Position numbers and translations under genes: made by a program. Under the pieces are notes generated by a model, which was not told where the DNA came from, made no database searches, and saw nothing but the letters and a program-made list of their open reading frames with translations. A DNA stretch of 58,335 bases, filler included, from Sphacelaria rigidula (lineage: Eukaryota), in assembly GCA_964200075.2 (NCBI GenBank). It is 9 parts of 9 records of this genome, joined end to end, with 100 filler letters (N's around TTAATTAATTAA, not from the genome) between each part and the next. Parts side by side here need not be neighbours in the genome. Positions count along the whole stretch, not along the records: positions 32,468 to 38,859 come from CAXNAA020020348.1; positions 38,960 to 45,351 come from CAXNAA020020349.1; positions 45,452 to 51,843 come from CAXNAA020020350.1; 6 more parts are not named here. One strand, written 5' to 3'. Below, piece after piece: positions 35,226-47,689 of the stretch (within the stretch, counting starts at the first letter, position 1; every line of letters starts with the position of its first letter).

Positions 35226-35946
35226 ATCTGCGTACGAGGATCTCATTTCTTGTTACCCAGCCTCCCCGGGATGCCGTGTCTTCGTGTGGGAATTTCGATC
35301 GCGCGGCGGCGCAAAGAGCAGCACCTTTAGCATGGAGACCGCTGCTCGCCGTGAGGGGTTTGATGTGTAGCTCGGCCACTTCCCGCGTATGGTGAGCATT
35401 CAACATTACACACAGTATGGACGGGTAGGGCACGTATGCAGTATAACCGTTTGAGGTTTTAGAACGGGGGGTGGACGGGGGATGGGGGCAGGCCGGGTAG
35501 GTTCTTTTGGGAATATGATGGGGGTTGAATATCGGAGGTTGGAAGCTGGTTGGTGCGAGCAAGAGGGGGAAAGGTGCATTGGTGTTTTGAGATGGCGCTT
35601 TGCGAGCCGTTCTTGCTTTTGGCGGTTGGATTGCTGACACGCTGATTGCTCACTTCGAGCCGTGTTTCGCAGTGTGGCTGTCACAGCTTCGAGCTCTGTT
35701 TCTACAGCAGCTCATGACCTACAAGCAATACGGCTGGAATGCTTCCTTGGGTTGTTGGGTGATGCTAGCGTGCGTTTTCTTGTTTTTGTTTTCGTCTTAC
35801 GTGTCGCACACCCCTTCGGCAGCACGAGTGCGTAGACTCAAGGGATCAAATCATAACCTCCCCGGCAGCTGCCTGACAATTTGTCATGGATTTGATCACT
35901 ATACTCTGCACCCCGTTGAATCTCATTACATTTCTTTGCTACCTAC

Positions 35947-37175
35947 ATCCTCACGCATCCCTTTCGAGATAGAGCACTGTTGCTACTCCTAACAGAGACA
36001 CATCCAATGTTTGGGAGCCTATTATGCTTCTTCCGTACACTACACAAGAACCTCTTACATATCTTATCCCCGTCCTGCTTCGCCGTCTGTGACCACCATC
36101 TATCTCCTAGTGTAGCGATCGTTTTCTCGCTACCATCTAATGTACCAAACGTTATCATGTCACCCTTGTTTACTTTCCGCATTTCCCCCTCTAATATGTC
36201 CCGCCCCCCCTTGTAAAGTTCATATTATGTCACTATATGAGTTATACTCTCTTTTGCTTTGCCACAGGGGCACTTCTGTGCATTATCTTCTTCCTCCTCT
36301 CGACTACTGGTATACCTCTTTCTTCGTTCTGGCAGGTCCAGGTCATCCACCCGAAATCATGTTTTCAATTTTCGCGGAGTCCATTGGGCCGTGCAGATAT
36401 GTTTTCACCCCTGTCCCCTCTCTCAACTTCCCTGAATATCTTTAGGTGCTCTTCGTCGTCTACTCTCCTCCTTCGCGATTGTTTTCCCTTTATTTCTATC
36501 ATGCCTCTTACTTTTTTCTTGGTCCTCCCACATTCACCAATGGACATTATCTCGTCTTGATTTCCTCCTATGCATTTCCATTCTTTCTCGACTACGCTAT
36601 CTATCCCACCTTATTCCAGCCTGCCCTTTCGTCACTTTCTTCCATACAGCCGTATTAACTGTGGCTGTCAATCTCTCCTCTGCATATGTTTTACGCTATA
36701 TAGACATTTCAATTTCCTCGTGTCGCTATGTGTTCCAAGTGGTAAATTCCCAATTATGTTCTCAATATTGTGTTAAACGTCGTTTTCGAGCATCCAAATA
36801 TTTTCTTTGCTGCTGACATCTGTAATATTACAGCTGCTTCACCAACCTCACGTTCTGTTCCCATTTCCAGCTTTGGTGTGACCACATTCATCAGGACACA
36901 TATCTCGACCCTGGTATGTAGGAGCGAGTCTCTTAGGATCACGTCCTTCTTACCTATCTGACTATATACCTTACCGCTTCCTGTTACTTTCTCTATGTGC
37001 GCGTCCCAAGAACACTTTTCTTTTATACATCCATGTCAGGGTGTGTATATTGATCTATGATCGGTCATTCCTCTTCTCCGAATTTCCATTTGAACTCGAC
37101 CGAGGTCTCCTCGTCTTCATTGCATACAAGCACCGCGCATTTGTTCACGTTCGCTGTCACTCTCCATTTCCTAGT
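35947..37175 (-). mobile_element. Degenerate RTEX-like LINE, RT C-terminus to 3' region
   Basis: NVNKCAVLV, LQMSAAKKIFGCSKTT, TLDGSEKTIATLGDRWW; multiple stops and frameshifts. Confidence 0.8.
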
Positions 37176-37408
37176 GTGTTTTAACGCCTTTTTCACGTGT
37201 TTCTGCCATCATGGCAGACGGGGGAGAGAGCAGGGAGGCAGACGGTGCGATCGTTTGGGCAAGAAATGAAAGAGAGAGGGGGAGAAGGATACCTGCCGGG
37301 AATATGATTCCAAACGGAGGATGGAGGGAAGGGCATGATGGCACGGGCAAGGAATGAAGGAGAGGGGGAACCGCCGCGCGCGCTCTTGTTATCAGCACAG
37401 TCACGCTA

Positions 37409-37638
37409 CGATAGGGGGGGGAGGTCTTTGATACCACGAAGTAATGGGCTCATAAATGCTTCAGACGACGTAACACACTCGCGGTGCGCTTGTGTTTGGG
37501 TAAAAGCGGTGTCAAGCAATATGAATGAGCGTTATTGATCAGAAGCAAGCGCGTTTGAACAACCGTTGCTGCTATTAACGACGATTGCAAGTAGAATTTC
37601 GTGGAAGAAAACGGCCCAAAATACTCCCCCCCTCCCTC
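37409..37638. mobile_element. Mariner-like MITE with G/C-run TIRs
   Basis: ta-cgata-G-run left end, aaatactccccccc right end; reverse homolog of 41319-41555. Confidence 0.7.
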
Positions 37639-37639
37639 T

Positions 37640-38665
37640 AGGAACGTGAAGTTGGTGGAGAGGTTGGAAACAGTACAGATGGCAGCAGCTAAGAAAATAC
37701 TCGGATGCTGAAAACGACGAGTAACACAGTTTTGAGAGCAGAGTTGGGAATGCACTCACTCAAAACAAACAGAGACATGAGGAAATTGCGATGTCAGTAT
37801 AGCGTAAAGAACATGCAGAGAAGGAGATTGCCAGCTATTAACACGGGATCTTACAAATTGGGGATGAATCTTATCTTGGGGATGAGAAACCCGGAGGACT
37901 AAAATCTTCGTATCCACACCAAATCTTCGAAACATGGTTCCATTTCTTCACCTACTGATAGCTATTGACAACTGCTACAAGCCACAGAAATTTGGATTTC
38001 GATAACCGGCACGTTGGGGTCCTAAGTGGAAAAACAATTTTAGGGAATCGCGGGTGTCCGAACGGACGCCAAAATGGTTCCGAAATTGGTGTTTGACCTA
38101 GGACCCCAAGATTTCGGTGGTCGAAATCCAAATCTCTACGGTGTGTAGCAGGTTTCAATAGCTATCAGTAGGTGAAGAATTGGGACCATATTTCGAAGAT
38201 TAGGTGTGGATACGAAGATTTGAATTCTCCGGGTTTCTCCCTATAAAAGATCCATCCACAATTCGTAAAATCCCGTGTCCATGGTTGATAGGGCTGTATG
38301 GAAGACAAGTACGAAAGAACAGACTGGAGTAATGTGGGATAAAGAAGCCGAGAAAATTTAGAAGGAGCTAGGAGGAAACCAAGACGAAATACTGTCTATA
38401 GGTGAAGACGCGGGGTACAAGGCAAAAGTAAAAGATATGATCGAAATAAGGGAGAAAGGAGCGCTCAGACGCAAAGTAGATGAGGAAGAACACCTGGAGA
38501 TATACGNNNNNNNNNNGCGAAAAAGATGAAATTGCGATTTCGGGTGGGGGACCTAGACCTGCCAGAAAGGAGGAAGAGATGTACCAGTCGTCGAAGGGAC
38601 GAGGAAGTAGATGGACAGAACTGCCTCTGTGCCGAGGCGATAGAGAGCAGAAGTCATATAGTAAC
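37640..38665 (+). mobile_element. RTEX-like LINE fragment starting at the MITE C-run and interrupted by a foldback
   Basis: KTTSNTVLRAELG..RRLPAI|VDRAVW..gacctagacctgccagaaagg. Confidence 0.8.
37841..38278. mobile_element. Foldback element (~185-bp inverted arms)
   Basis: acacgggat..ggtcctaagt vs acctaggacc..atcccgtgt; splits the LINE reading frame. Confidence 0.85.
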
Positions 38666-38859
38666 AGCGGATCCTAATTTTTAGGGTTGAACCGAAAAAA
38701 TGAGGTTCAACCCGCAAGTCGTTTTCGTTGGGAAAATACCAAACAGTAACACAGAAGGAAAGACTTTCCCCCCGAAACTCCACAGGAGGAGTTGGGCAGT
38801 TCGGGCTAGGTGCACCCAACGAATGCGGTGTACACGCGTGTCGATGACGATATCACCAG

Positions 38860-38959
38860 NNNNNNNNNNNNNNNNNNNNNNNNNNNNNNNNNNNNNNNNN
38901 NNNTTAATTAATTAANNNNNNNNNNNNNNNNNNNNNNNNNNNNNNNNNNNNNNNNNNNN
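38860..38959. other. Artificial contig linker
   Basis: Same 100-bp pattern. Confidence 0.97.
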
Positions 38960-40239
38960 ATTATCTTGCATTTGGACGACAGCCTACAATGAGTTGCTTC
39001 ATTTTCTGGTATCGCCACTTCCGGAGACAGCCACGGCTTATACACTGCCTCATGGGTGCGGCACCATGAGGATCCTTAGTAGATCTGAGACTTCAACAGG
39101 TCAGCTCAAGCGTACAATCATGCAGGCACCGGATACTACAGACAGCATCGTACCCCCAACAGGTCGAATCAAAGCGTGTACCCGTACTATACTGTACTTC
39201 ATTCACCACATGGTTCGTGCTGTCGTCAGGATACACAGTCAAAGTTACTTTCGTTTGGGACGATAAAATGTGCATGTAGTAGGCGAGGGAGCTCGGAACC
39301 CTTGGCCCAGAAGCGTATGCCTCTCCCCCCCACCCCACCCCCCTCCTCCCCAGGGAGATTTCGGGGGATAAAAGGGGGACTCGTAGCACTTGTTCAAGCG
39401 TACTCACACACGTGGCGAAGTACCTGAGTGAACCTTTGCATGGGAGCAACAGGCGGTCAAGCCAGGTGCCTCTGTGCTTTGATTCTTTCCTACGTTGTGA
39501 AGGATACAAGTTATGCTTTAAAACTACCTGTTACGACTTCGATTACGTGCGGTAAAGGTGCCAATACGTGGCGAATCTGTTGAAAAAACAAAAAGAGGTG
39601 GGATCGGTTGAGTTATCACGCTCGCTTGTTGAAATCTGTCCGCGCAGCCGCACATTTTGCGTCAACATGCCCTGCATGCCCTTCTGTTGTAGTGGCCTAC
39701 TAAAGCAGTGGAGGCACGGTACAGGACCATACAGGCAGTGGAATACCACTGGCAGTTTTTATACTGCGCTAGTAGACACTTTGGGAACCGCTTCCTACGT
39801 CAAGCAGCTCGGCGGCTTGCATTGCAGGCAAATCAACGGCAACACTCCTCACTTTCTAAACACCGTTTCGGCTTAACGCCAACACCCCTGGACTTCGGCA
39901 GGCACGCTTTTGGGCTGCTCTATACAGCCCAGGTCGTGCTCAGGCGACCTTCCATCCTCTGGTATAATAACCTAGTATAACTGCGATTTGATGGATAATA
40001 GCGAAATAACTTGCGTAACACATCCTCTCCCCGACCCTCCCTCTCGGGCGTTTTCCGGGCGGAACGGGATGTTGTGGCATGTCCTCCTGAGTATTGTGGG
40101 TACGCTCCCCCCCCCCGACGTAAGTGATCCATGCCTGATATACTTCTCCCAAATGCAGTTGAAGTTCCCGTTACCGCGGGCTCGTCGCCCTTGAGAATGT
40201 CATAGCAAGGTGAATAAAAAAAGGCGTGCACCCGTTCTG

Positions 40240-40625
40240 TATCGAACCGTATCGGACCGTACAGCACCGAACTGTACAGTACAGTACCACACGCCCAACA
40301 GGTCAAACCAGGGCACCCGTACCGTACCGTACCGTACCGTACCGTATCGTACCATACAAAACCAAGGCCTGTACCTAAATCATGAGTACCGGGTTGACAT
40401 CAGATCAAAATCAGGGGGCGCGTACGCGTAACGCAACGTACCGTGCAGTACAATACGGCATTCTCGAACGAGTCCCAAGGAGGGCATACATCCGTACCGT
40501 ATTTATAACGTGCCATATCGTATCGTATCGTATCGTATCGTATCGTATCGTATCGTATCATACCGTACCGTGCTCTTGAACAGGCCAAATCAGGAACACA
40601 CGTATCCGTGCCGTACCGTGCCGCA
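40240..40625. repeat. (TACCG)n/(TATCG)n pentanucleotide-rich tract
   Basis: Direct observation at 40318-40352 and 40516-40570. Confidence 0.8.
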
Positions 40626-40631
40626 CGTTAC

Positions 40632-40745
40632 CTTTTTTCCAGCGTAGGTCGACTCAACGTGGCAGTCGAATAGCTCTAGCTTTGTCCCCGAGCCTACCGA
40701 AAACGCCCCGCCTTCACCTTGTGGAGTGTCCTTGATCTCTTCACC
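40632..40745 (-). CDS. Pmp-like (GGA-repeat beta-helix) protein exon
   Basis: GEGGAFSVGSG..STYAGKK; cag/gtaac; phase 0 from exon 42054-42262. Confidence 0.75.
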
Positions 40746-40851
40746 CTGTGTTCGGCAGTGAATACACACACATGTCAATATACTGAACGCATGGAAGTTT
40801 CGTGCTTATGTTGGGCACAAGATACACACACATATATATATATATATATGA

Positions 40852-41090
40852 TTTTGATTGATTGATTGTCGCACTTTAACTGAACACCCATCGGTCCGGC
40901 CGTGGTCGCACGATAGAATTACCCAAGAACAGCGATACTGGAACACTTGTTGAAGAAAACGAAGGAACAGAAAAATTTCAAACAGAACGGCATAGTAGAC
41001 CAAGACGTGCAAAAATAAATAAAAATAAATAAAAATAAAAAAGCACAGTGCAGAAGGAGATGCCCGACCTAAAAAAAAGAAGTATATAGG
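40852..41090 (-). mobile_element. (CAAT)n-tailed retroposon 3' end
   Basis: Homologous to 46195-46305. Confidence 0.6.
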
Positions 41091-41318
41091 TTGTGTAAAC
41101 CCAACAATGTCGGTCGGTAGCTTACGCCTCCGCGCTGAACGAATCGATTCCAAGATAGATGAGAACTGGCGATAGTAAAGGTACGTTGCGTAATGTGGTG
41201 GATGCGCGGTGTGCGTGTTGTGGTACGTGTCTTAAAAGGGACACGGTTTCTGGCGGTACATCTTCCTTATTCTCGTTTCTGTACGGTCGATGGTGTACCC
41301 GACATGGGAGTCATCGTA

Positions 41319-41555
41319 CGAAGGGGGGGGGGGGTATTTTGGGCCACGTCTTGCACTAAATTCTAAGTCAAATCATCGTTGAAAGCAGCAACGGCTGTTC
41401 AAACGAGCTTGCTATAGATGAATAACGCCCATTAATACTGCTTGACACCGTTTTTGACCAAATACAAGCAAGCGCAACGCGAGTGTGGCAGATCGCCTGA
41501 CACACGTATGAGCCTATTTTTTCGTGCAATCAAATACCCCCCCCCCTCCCCCCCA
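41319..41555. mobile_element. Mariner-like MITE with G/C-run TIRs
   Basis: ta-cgaa-G-run-tattt left end and aaatac-C-run right end. Confidence 0.7.
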
Positions 41556-41620
41556 TGCTCCGTCTCGAAAGGGATGCGTGGTCAACGGTCAAACGACTAA
41601 GGCGAGCAACAAATGAGTAG
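41556..41620 (+). mobile_element. Short RTEX-like LINE 3' tail between C-runs
   Basis: ctccgtctcgaaagggatgcgtggtcaa..aaatgagta then poly(C). Confidence 0.75.
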
Positions 41621-42053
41621 CCCCCCCCCCCCTATTTTCTGTTTTACTCACGTACTCATGCTTTCAACGGTGGAAATCAGATACTTGGAGGAATAAAAAA
41701 CAGAAGCAGCGTGAACCGAACCCGCATTCTCGCAACACCAATGGTGACAGTAGGATCACTAAGGGTGCACCTGGAACACCCCCTCAATATCCGAGTACTG
41801 AATACAACCCCCAGGTGATTCATAAACATTCCACACGGCCCGAGAAAATTCAATAAAGCTCGATGGGTACCATAGTATGGACAGAATACACTCGAAGCCA
41901 TCTACTGTTGCACAGTGCATTTGCAAAAAGGGAGGGCCAGTCGAGACACCCGTCCCGCCCGTAAGGCTGTGGACATCACAAGCCGAAACAAATGCGACGA
42001 GGATCAAAGCACGAGATTGGTTCACGCCTTCTGATGATGTACGACTAACTTAC

Positions 42054-42262
42054 CGTAGTGACGTTAACTAACAAACACCGGTGAAACGCCATGTAGGTCA
42101 CAAGGTCCCCGCTGCCGATTGCAACCGCACCACCTTTCCTTGCGACGTGGCTGTTGCTGAATGTTGAGTCGTTTGCCCCACAATGACCAACCGAGTTAGT
42201 GCCGTCGAACCCGGAAACGCACGACGTGAAGGATAGGTCGCCGCCTTCACCCACAGGTTCCT
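42054..42262 (-). CDS. Pmp-like protein exon
   Basis: GEGGDL..STFSNSHVARKGGAVAIG; cag/gtaag; phase-1 join with 43883-44036. Confidence 0.8.
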
Positions 42263-43535
42263 CTGATTCATTTGTTATTTTTCAGTAATTATATATAAAT
42301 GTATATATCCGGTAGGGAGAGAGGGCGGGGAAGAGAGGGAGGGAAAGAAAGTAAGGAAAAAGGACGTAAGCTGAGTTGAGTGTATGAGACGAATGATGAT
42401 CAACCAGAGGAGCCATGCATGTAATTAATCGAATCGGGCTGGTAATACCTCACAAAAACAAATGGGGAAAAGGACAATAAAATCGGGTACGAACTATCGA
42501 ACAAGACAAAATCTAGTACAACAAAAAAGAACCCGCGCTATACGTACTAGAATCAGGTACGACGGGGGCTAAATCAGGTACAACAGCCGAAACGAGGATA
42601 ACAGAACGGACACAACGATCGACGTGCACATGAATAAGGTAGTACAAAGGCACCGTATAGACAGAATAAGGTAGTACAAAAACGAACCAAAAAGAAACAA
42701 ACTGTAATGCGTGCAAGGACCGCGTTTTTTTGCATCAATGTGTCATTTTGGTGAGCGCTGGACTACGGCTTTTTCAGGACTCTCATGTACATAGTAGGAA
42801 GGTATATTCCATACTCACATCATCGCCACAGTTGAATTAGCCGTGAGGACATACACTCGCAATCAGTGCCTGGGATTTGCATACAGCAGATGCTCTTGAA
42901 AATTCTCTTCTTGCCCAAAGTCGCATGTGAAATGCGGAGCAGGAGGGTGTGTTTTCAGCATTTTCTGCTGCCTCTCGAATCTCATACGCCGATCACGGTG
43001 TAGTATATGCGGGACTTGCACAGCAGAGGCTTGCAAAAAATTATTTTTTGGCCCAATTTCAGGATAAATTGGCGGGCAAAAAATGAGGACATATTTCGAA
43101 CAGCTGCTACTGTGCAACTTCCAAAATCTGCCCGTGTGTATGGCATTTGTACAGCAGAGGCTGTTCGAAATAAATCTTCTTCTTCATCAAATGTTGGAAA
43201 TCATTCTACAGATCTTGTGGCAAATAGTTTTGGATTTTCAAATGGGCCGAAGCGACGATTGAATTTACTAAAAGTTCCGAAAATGTAAGACGTGATTTTC
43301 ATCAGAACGGCTGTGTTGGGCTTTGCCGACGTGCCCCGCCGGATTGCTTATACAGTGTGTCGAGAAAACGCTACACAAAATGCTGGTATAGAGGTACTTG
43401 AGTTGGCAAATCCTGCACAGGGGTTCTAACAAAAACTGTGAAGAAGCCCGTGCGGCTCGTCCTACAGGGTGCTATCTGTCCACGTGTGTACGGTGAAAAC
43501 ATAGGCTAAGGTCAGCGAAGTGTTAAATCAGCACC

Positions 43536-43850
43536 ATGACACATATCCTATGCGTGGCAACGATTACAGGCAACACGTGGTGGAACCGTGGCTACAGTAG
43601 TCCATGCCATGTTCAACTATACGATGACACATACCATATGCGGGGCAACGATTACAGGCAACACGTGGTGGAACCGTGGCTACAGCAGTCCATGCCATGT
43701 TCAACTATACGATGACACATACCATATGCGGGGCAACGATTACAGGTATATACGGCGGGACATGGGGCTACAGCGCAGTCTATACAGTCCATGTCATGCT
43801 CAACTATAGCCTGCTGATGACACGTAACACATGCAGGGCAACGAGTACGA
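43536..43850. repeat. Intronic 88-bp minisatellite (~3.5 units)
   Basis: Units start at 43536, 43624, 43712 and about 43816. Confidence 0.9.
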
Positions 43851-43882
43851 GGACATGCGATGGAACATGAGATAACCCTTAC

Positions 43883-44036
43883 CCGATTCCTTGTTGCTGC
43901 TCCCAGCAGAGTTGTTGTAGAATGTACTGTTGAATACGGTGACGTTACCGACCCCCTGATGCATGCCGCCGCCTTTATGACTGGCGTAGCACTCTTGGAA
44001 CAGGCAGTTGTCCAGCAGAACGTTCGTGTTCTCCAC
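43883..44036 (-). CDS. Pmp-like protein exon
   Basis: NCLFQECYASHKGGGM..NSTFYNNSAG (FxxN and GG motifs); cag/gtaag. Confidence 0.8.
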
Positions 44037-44050
44037 CTGTTACAGTATTG

Positions 44051-44310
44051 CACGGTTCGGACGAATCATTGCCGGCTGGAATCACCAAACCCACGATTTT
44101 TCAGGCCTGATTGCTCGAAATAAAAATAAAAATCGACTGCTCGTCGAAAAGGTCTGCACGCAACGTTTGCGCCACATACCACGTAGCTCGGCTGCGTGTA
44201 CCTGGGTTGCAACGCTGAAAGCAAAGTCCAAGGATTGATTCGTGCGGTACGGATCAGTTACACCACAACCAAGTAACTTCCAGATGAATCATCAATTCGT
44301 CCGACCCTTG
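44051..44310. mobile_element. hAT-type MITE (260 bp), same family as 13981-14241
   Basis: TIR cacggttcggacgaatca/caagggtcggacgaattga; TSD cagtattg/cagtatcg. Confidence 0.88.
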
Positions 44311-44610
44311 CAGTATCGTGTGTGTGCCAGGTGAAGGTGAAGTGAACAATGAAGAAAAAAGAAGGGAAAAAAAGTCGTTCCATACTGGATGGACGTAGTA
44401 TGGTAATGTAATTTATTCGCCTTTCAGTCCAGCATAATAAGTCTGTTTCATTCCCCATTGTTCTGACTACAACCGTTAGTTTCCTCATCCTTATATATAT
44501 ATATATATATATATGTAGGCACGTCGCTACTGGCGCGTGTCTAACGTGTGCCCTTCCAAATTTGGTTACCGATTTTTGACAAGCAGAGCTTCGGGAGAAG
44601 AGTGATGCTA

Positions 44611-44846
44611 CGGTAGGGGTGCACCAATATTCTCCGAGGTTAGAATTGTTAGGAGCCCTTCATCTCACGCACAACACGACCTATGAAAAATTGTGAAAGT
44701 ACGCCAGGGTCAACACGCCAATGTGCTGGGGATATTCCGAGTGAACTTGCAACCCGGGAATGCCCTGACCCATATTTTTGCGCATCTAGAATTGTTGGGA
44801 GCCTCTGAACTAGACATAATTTCGCGAACAAAGTGCGCCCCTACCG
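44611..44846. mobile_element. TA-flanked MITE (236 bp)
   Basis: TIR cggtagggg(t/c)gcac; flanks atgcta/tagcat. Confidence 0.75.
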
Positions 44847-45027
44847 TAGCATTGCTCAGAACGCATGATTTTTTGTCAGTGTTTTCGTCAGAAATTGCTA
44901 CCACGCTAACAACACGGAAGGTCTATGAATCCGCCGCAGAAGAACATTGTCAGCGTAGCTGCAGTACAGGCATGAAGCGGCCCTCGAATGTGCCGGCTGT
45001 TGCCTTGAACCCACACCATTTGTTCAC

Positions 45028-45069
45028 CTGTTCGCAGGCGGCCAACGTGTCTGTGTCACCCGAGCAGAT
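45028..45069 (-). CDS. Candidate small exon (ICSGDTDTLAACEQ) upstream in the Pmp-like gene
   Basis: cag/gtgaa boundaries, phase 0 into 44036. Confidence 0.45.
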
Positions 45070-45258
45070 CTGTACAGCAGACACGATACGAACAACCTAA
45101 TCGCCAGAATATCAAGTGTCCATTAGCATTTGATCGAGCGTGGGATTATTTCGCCGCTGACTTCACTTGAAGAACAAAAAAAGCGAAATAATTGCTGAAA
45201 ATCTGGAGCTCACGACCATTTCTACTGATTGACAAAAGGCCAATGCGATAGAAATATG

Positions 45259-45351
45259 CGCGGTTAGGACGAATCACCACCACGACGAGTCACCAAATTC
45301 ACGATTTCTTCGGCCTGATTGCCCAAAAGGGAGAAAAACGTTGACCGCTGG
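45259..45351 (+). mobile_element. Partial hAT MITE copy cut by contig end
   Basis: Near-identical to 13981-14075. Confidence 0.75.
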
Positions 45352-45451
45352 NNNNNNNNNNNNNNNNNNNNNNNNNNNNNNNNNNNNNNNNNNNNTTAAT
45401 TAATTAANNNNNNNNNNNNNNNNNNNNNNNNNNNNNNNNNNNNNNNNNNNN
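45352..45451. other. Artificial contig linker
   Basis: Same 100-bp pattern. Confidence 0.97.
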
Positions 45452-45477
45452 ACCCTCCCCCCCCCCCCCCCCTCCCG

Positions 45478-45652
45478 CGCGCGTGCTCCGTCCCGGCTTT
45501 GTACGGATGCGAGGTCAATGGTCTTACGACTATAGCATGCACGGTCACGAGTACACCCCCCCCCCCCCCCCTCTTTGCTCCGTCTCGAAAGGGATGCGTG
45601 GTCAATGGTCAAACGAGTAAGGCAAGCAACAAATGAGTACTCCCCCCCCCCC
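45478..45652 (+). mobile_element. Two tandem LINE 3'-tail variants, each followed by a C-run
   Basis: Shared core ggatgcg.ggtcaatggtc..acga.ta..gagtac; variant 1 also seen reversed at 19325-19381 and 32300-32367. Confidence 0.7.
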
Positions 45653-47689
45653 TCTTTTACCAATTTCATGCATCGGAATGATATCGCTCGCCACTCGGCC
45701 AAACGTACACGCCAGCCGATCAAACATGCACATTGGGCCCTCCGTTTGGCAGCATTTTTCGGGTGTAAAGACGAGACAACAGCTTCACAGTGTGACTTAT
45801 ACCGTCGAGAAGATGGACAATAACAAAATCGTTCAAATCTTCCGGATTCACAGAATATGCATCCTCATTCGTCAGTCGGAGAGGGGTATACCAGGTACAA
45901 ATTTTGTGCTTCTTTTCATTTTTTTTTTCCAGCCCCACAGTCGAACTGCACGCACCAAAGCATCGGCAAAGTGTGCCGGAATCTTCTTCACCTGCGGCAA
46001 GTCATGCCGAGCTACTGCGACTTTCACTTTTGATGGGGTTATACTTCCCCGTGAGGATTGACGAGGTGGAAACTGTTCAGAAACAGAAGAACAATCCAAA
46101 CTTCTACGAAATAATGGTTGCTACTTCGACTTGACTTCGTCTACTGAATCGTCCTGTTCGATTTTTTTTGCTTTTTCTGTCCTTTCTTTTCCTCAGCGAG
46201 TGTTCCAATATCAGCTTTGTTTTCTTGGTCACGTGTATCATGAGACCGCGGCTGGACCGCTGAGGGGTCAGTTGAAGTGCGACAACCAATCTATCAATCG
46301 ATCAAACTCCCTCATAGCGAGTCAATCAGGAATGACAGGGCTATGAGTATCGACCAACAGCCTTGTTTCTTGACGAAGATCAAAGGTTGAAAATTGAAGC
46401 TATTGTGGGGAATGTCGAGCAGTGTTGAAGGTGCAGGGCAACTCCATTCAGCAGCTGTTGACCGTTGTGGATCTCAATCTCGACATCTCTGGAACACTTC
46501 TGCTGTGCGCGCTGGACCCAGTCGCAAAATATACATTGAACATCGAGTTCAACGTCTTTTTTTCTCCTCACAGCGACTCGATTTCTCTCGAGAAAAGTAG
46601 CTTAACACTGACTTATGTTGCCCATGTGGATTGTGGCAAAATGCTGAGGTAGTGACTCCCATCAGGGTAAAAACGGTTTTCATGTGTGACAGTTTTTCGC
46701 GGGTCAAATCCTCCGCCTTTGCGACATTCGAGACGGTTTTTGCCCCCCTCCCCCCCCGAAGAGGGAATATCGCCGTCACATGTCTAGAACACTTCGCATC
46801 ACCCCACCGACATGAGTCCAGCCCATTTTTCTGATTCACTCGGCGCTGAGGTTTCGAAAACGGCTCCCGGACAAAAATACCGCTTGACGAAAGAATGAGG
46901 TGTCTACAAGAGTTTTCGCTTGACTGGTCTCTGGAAAAAAGTTCGGCTGGGGGAGAAAATGAGGTGTCTTCAGGTATTTTCGCCCGACTAGTCTCTGAGC
47001 AAGGATTTGCCTGGGGAAGAAAATGAGGTGTCGGTAGGTGTTTTCCGGTGGAAAACACGCAGATATCGACTTTGTTCATTCAATCCATACTTTTGTCCTG
47101 AGGCCACTCTCGGAATATCGAAGCCAAGCAAAGGGGGAAGGTGCGCTAGAGTTATCTCGGTGGGATGATGCAACGTGTTGCAAGACGTGTAACGGCGATA
47201 TTCCTGTGTGAAATGCGAAGACCGTGTGAAACGTCCCGGAAGCGGAGACACGAGTCATATATGCCCCGCGAAACATACCAATGAGAAGGAACGGTCTAAT
47301 ACGGTCTACGATCGTAATGTCAAGGAGTCAAAAGTGACCAAAGAATGATGAACCCGACGTACTGGTGTAAAGATCGTGTTGAGTTCGTGAGCATGGGGGC
47401 GATCACCAATCACCTACTGCTAGACCTGGGAAAACATCGATGAAAACGACAAAAACGATGGAGGGAATTGGTGGCAACGACAATAAAATTAAGAGCCAGC
47501 GTAATTTGTTCGGAATACTCTTCTCTACTTCACCGCCCATAAGAACACCCTCTCTTGCAAGGTGCTTTGTTGCCTTCCCCCCCCCTTTCTGGTTTTCCTC
47601 ATACTCGACCAAAAAATTCCGCTCTAACCTGTTATTCACACCCGACACAAAGTTTCTTCATGTCTTCTATACCTCCCCGTCCTCAACAG

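Noticed and set aside
38985..39062. Overlap with the window end (58262-58335, reverse complement) suggesting the contigs join
   Set aside because: Several mismatches; better explained as a dispersed repeat.
43536..43850. CRISPR-like array
   Set aside because: Contiguous 88-bp tandem units with no unique spacers, in an intron of a eukaryotic gene, and no cas genes.
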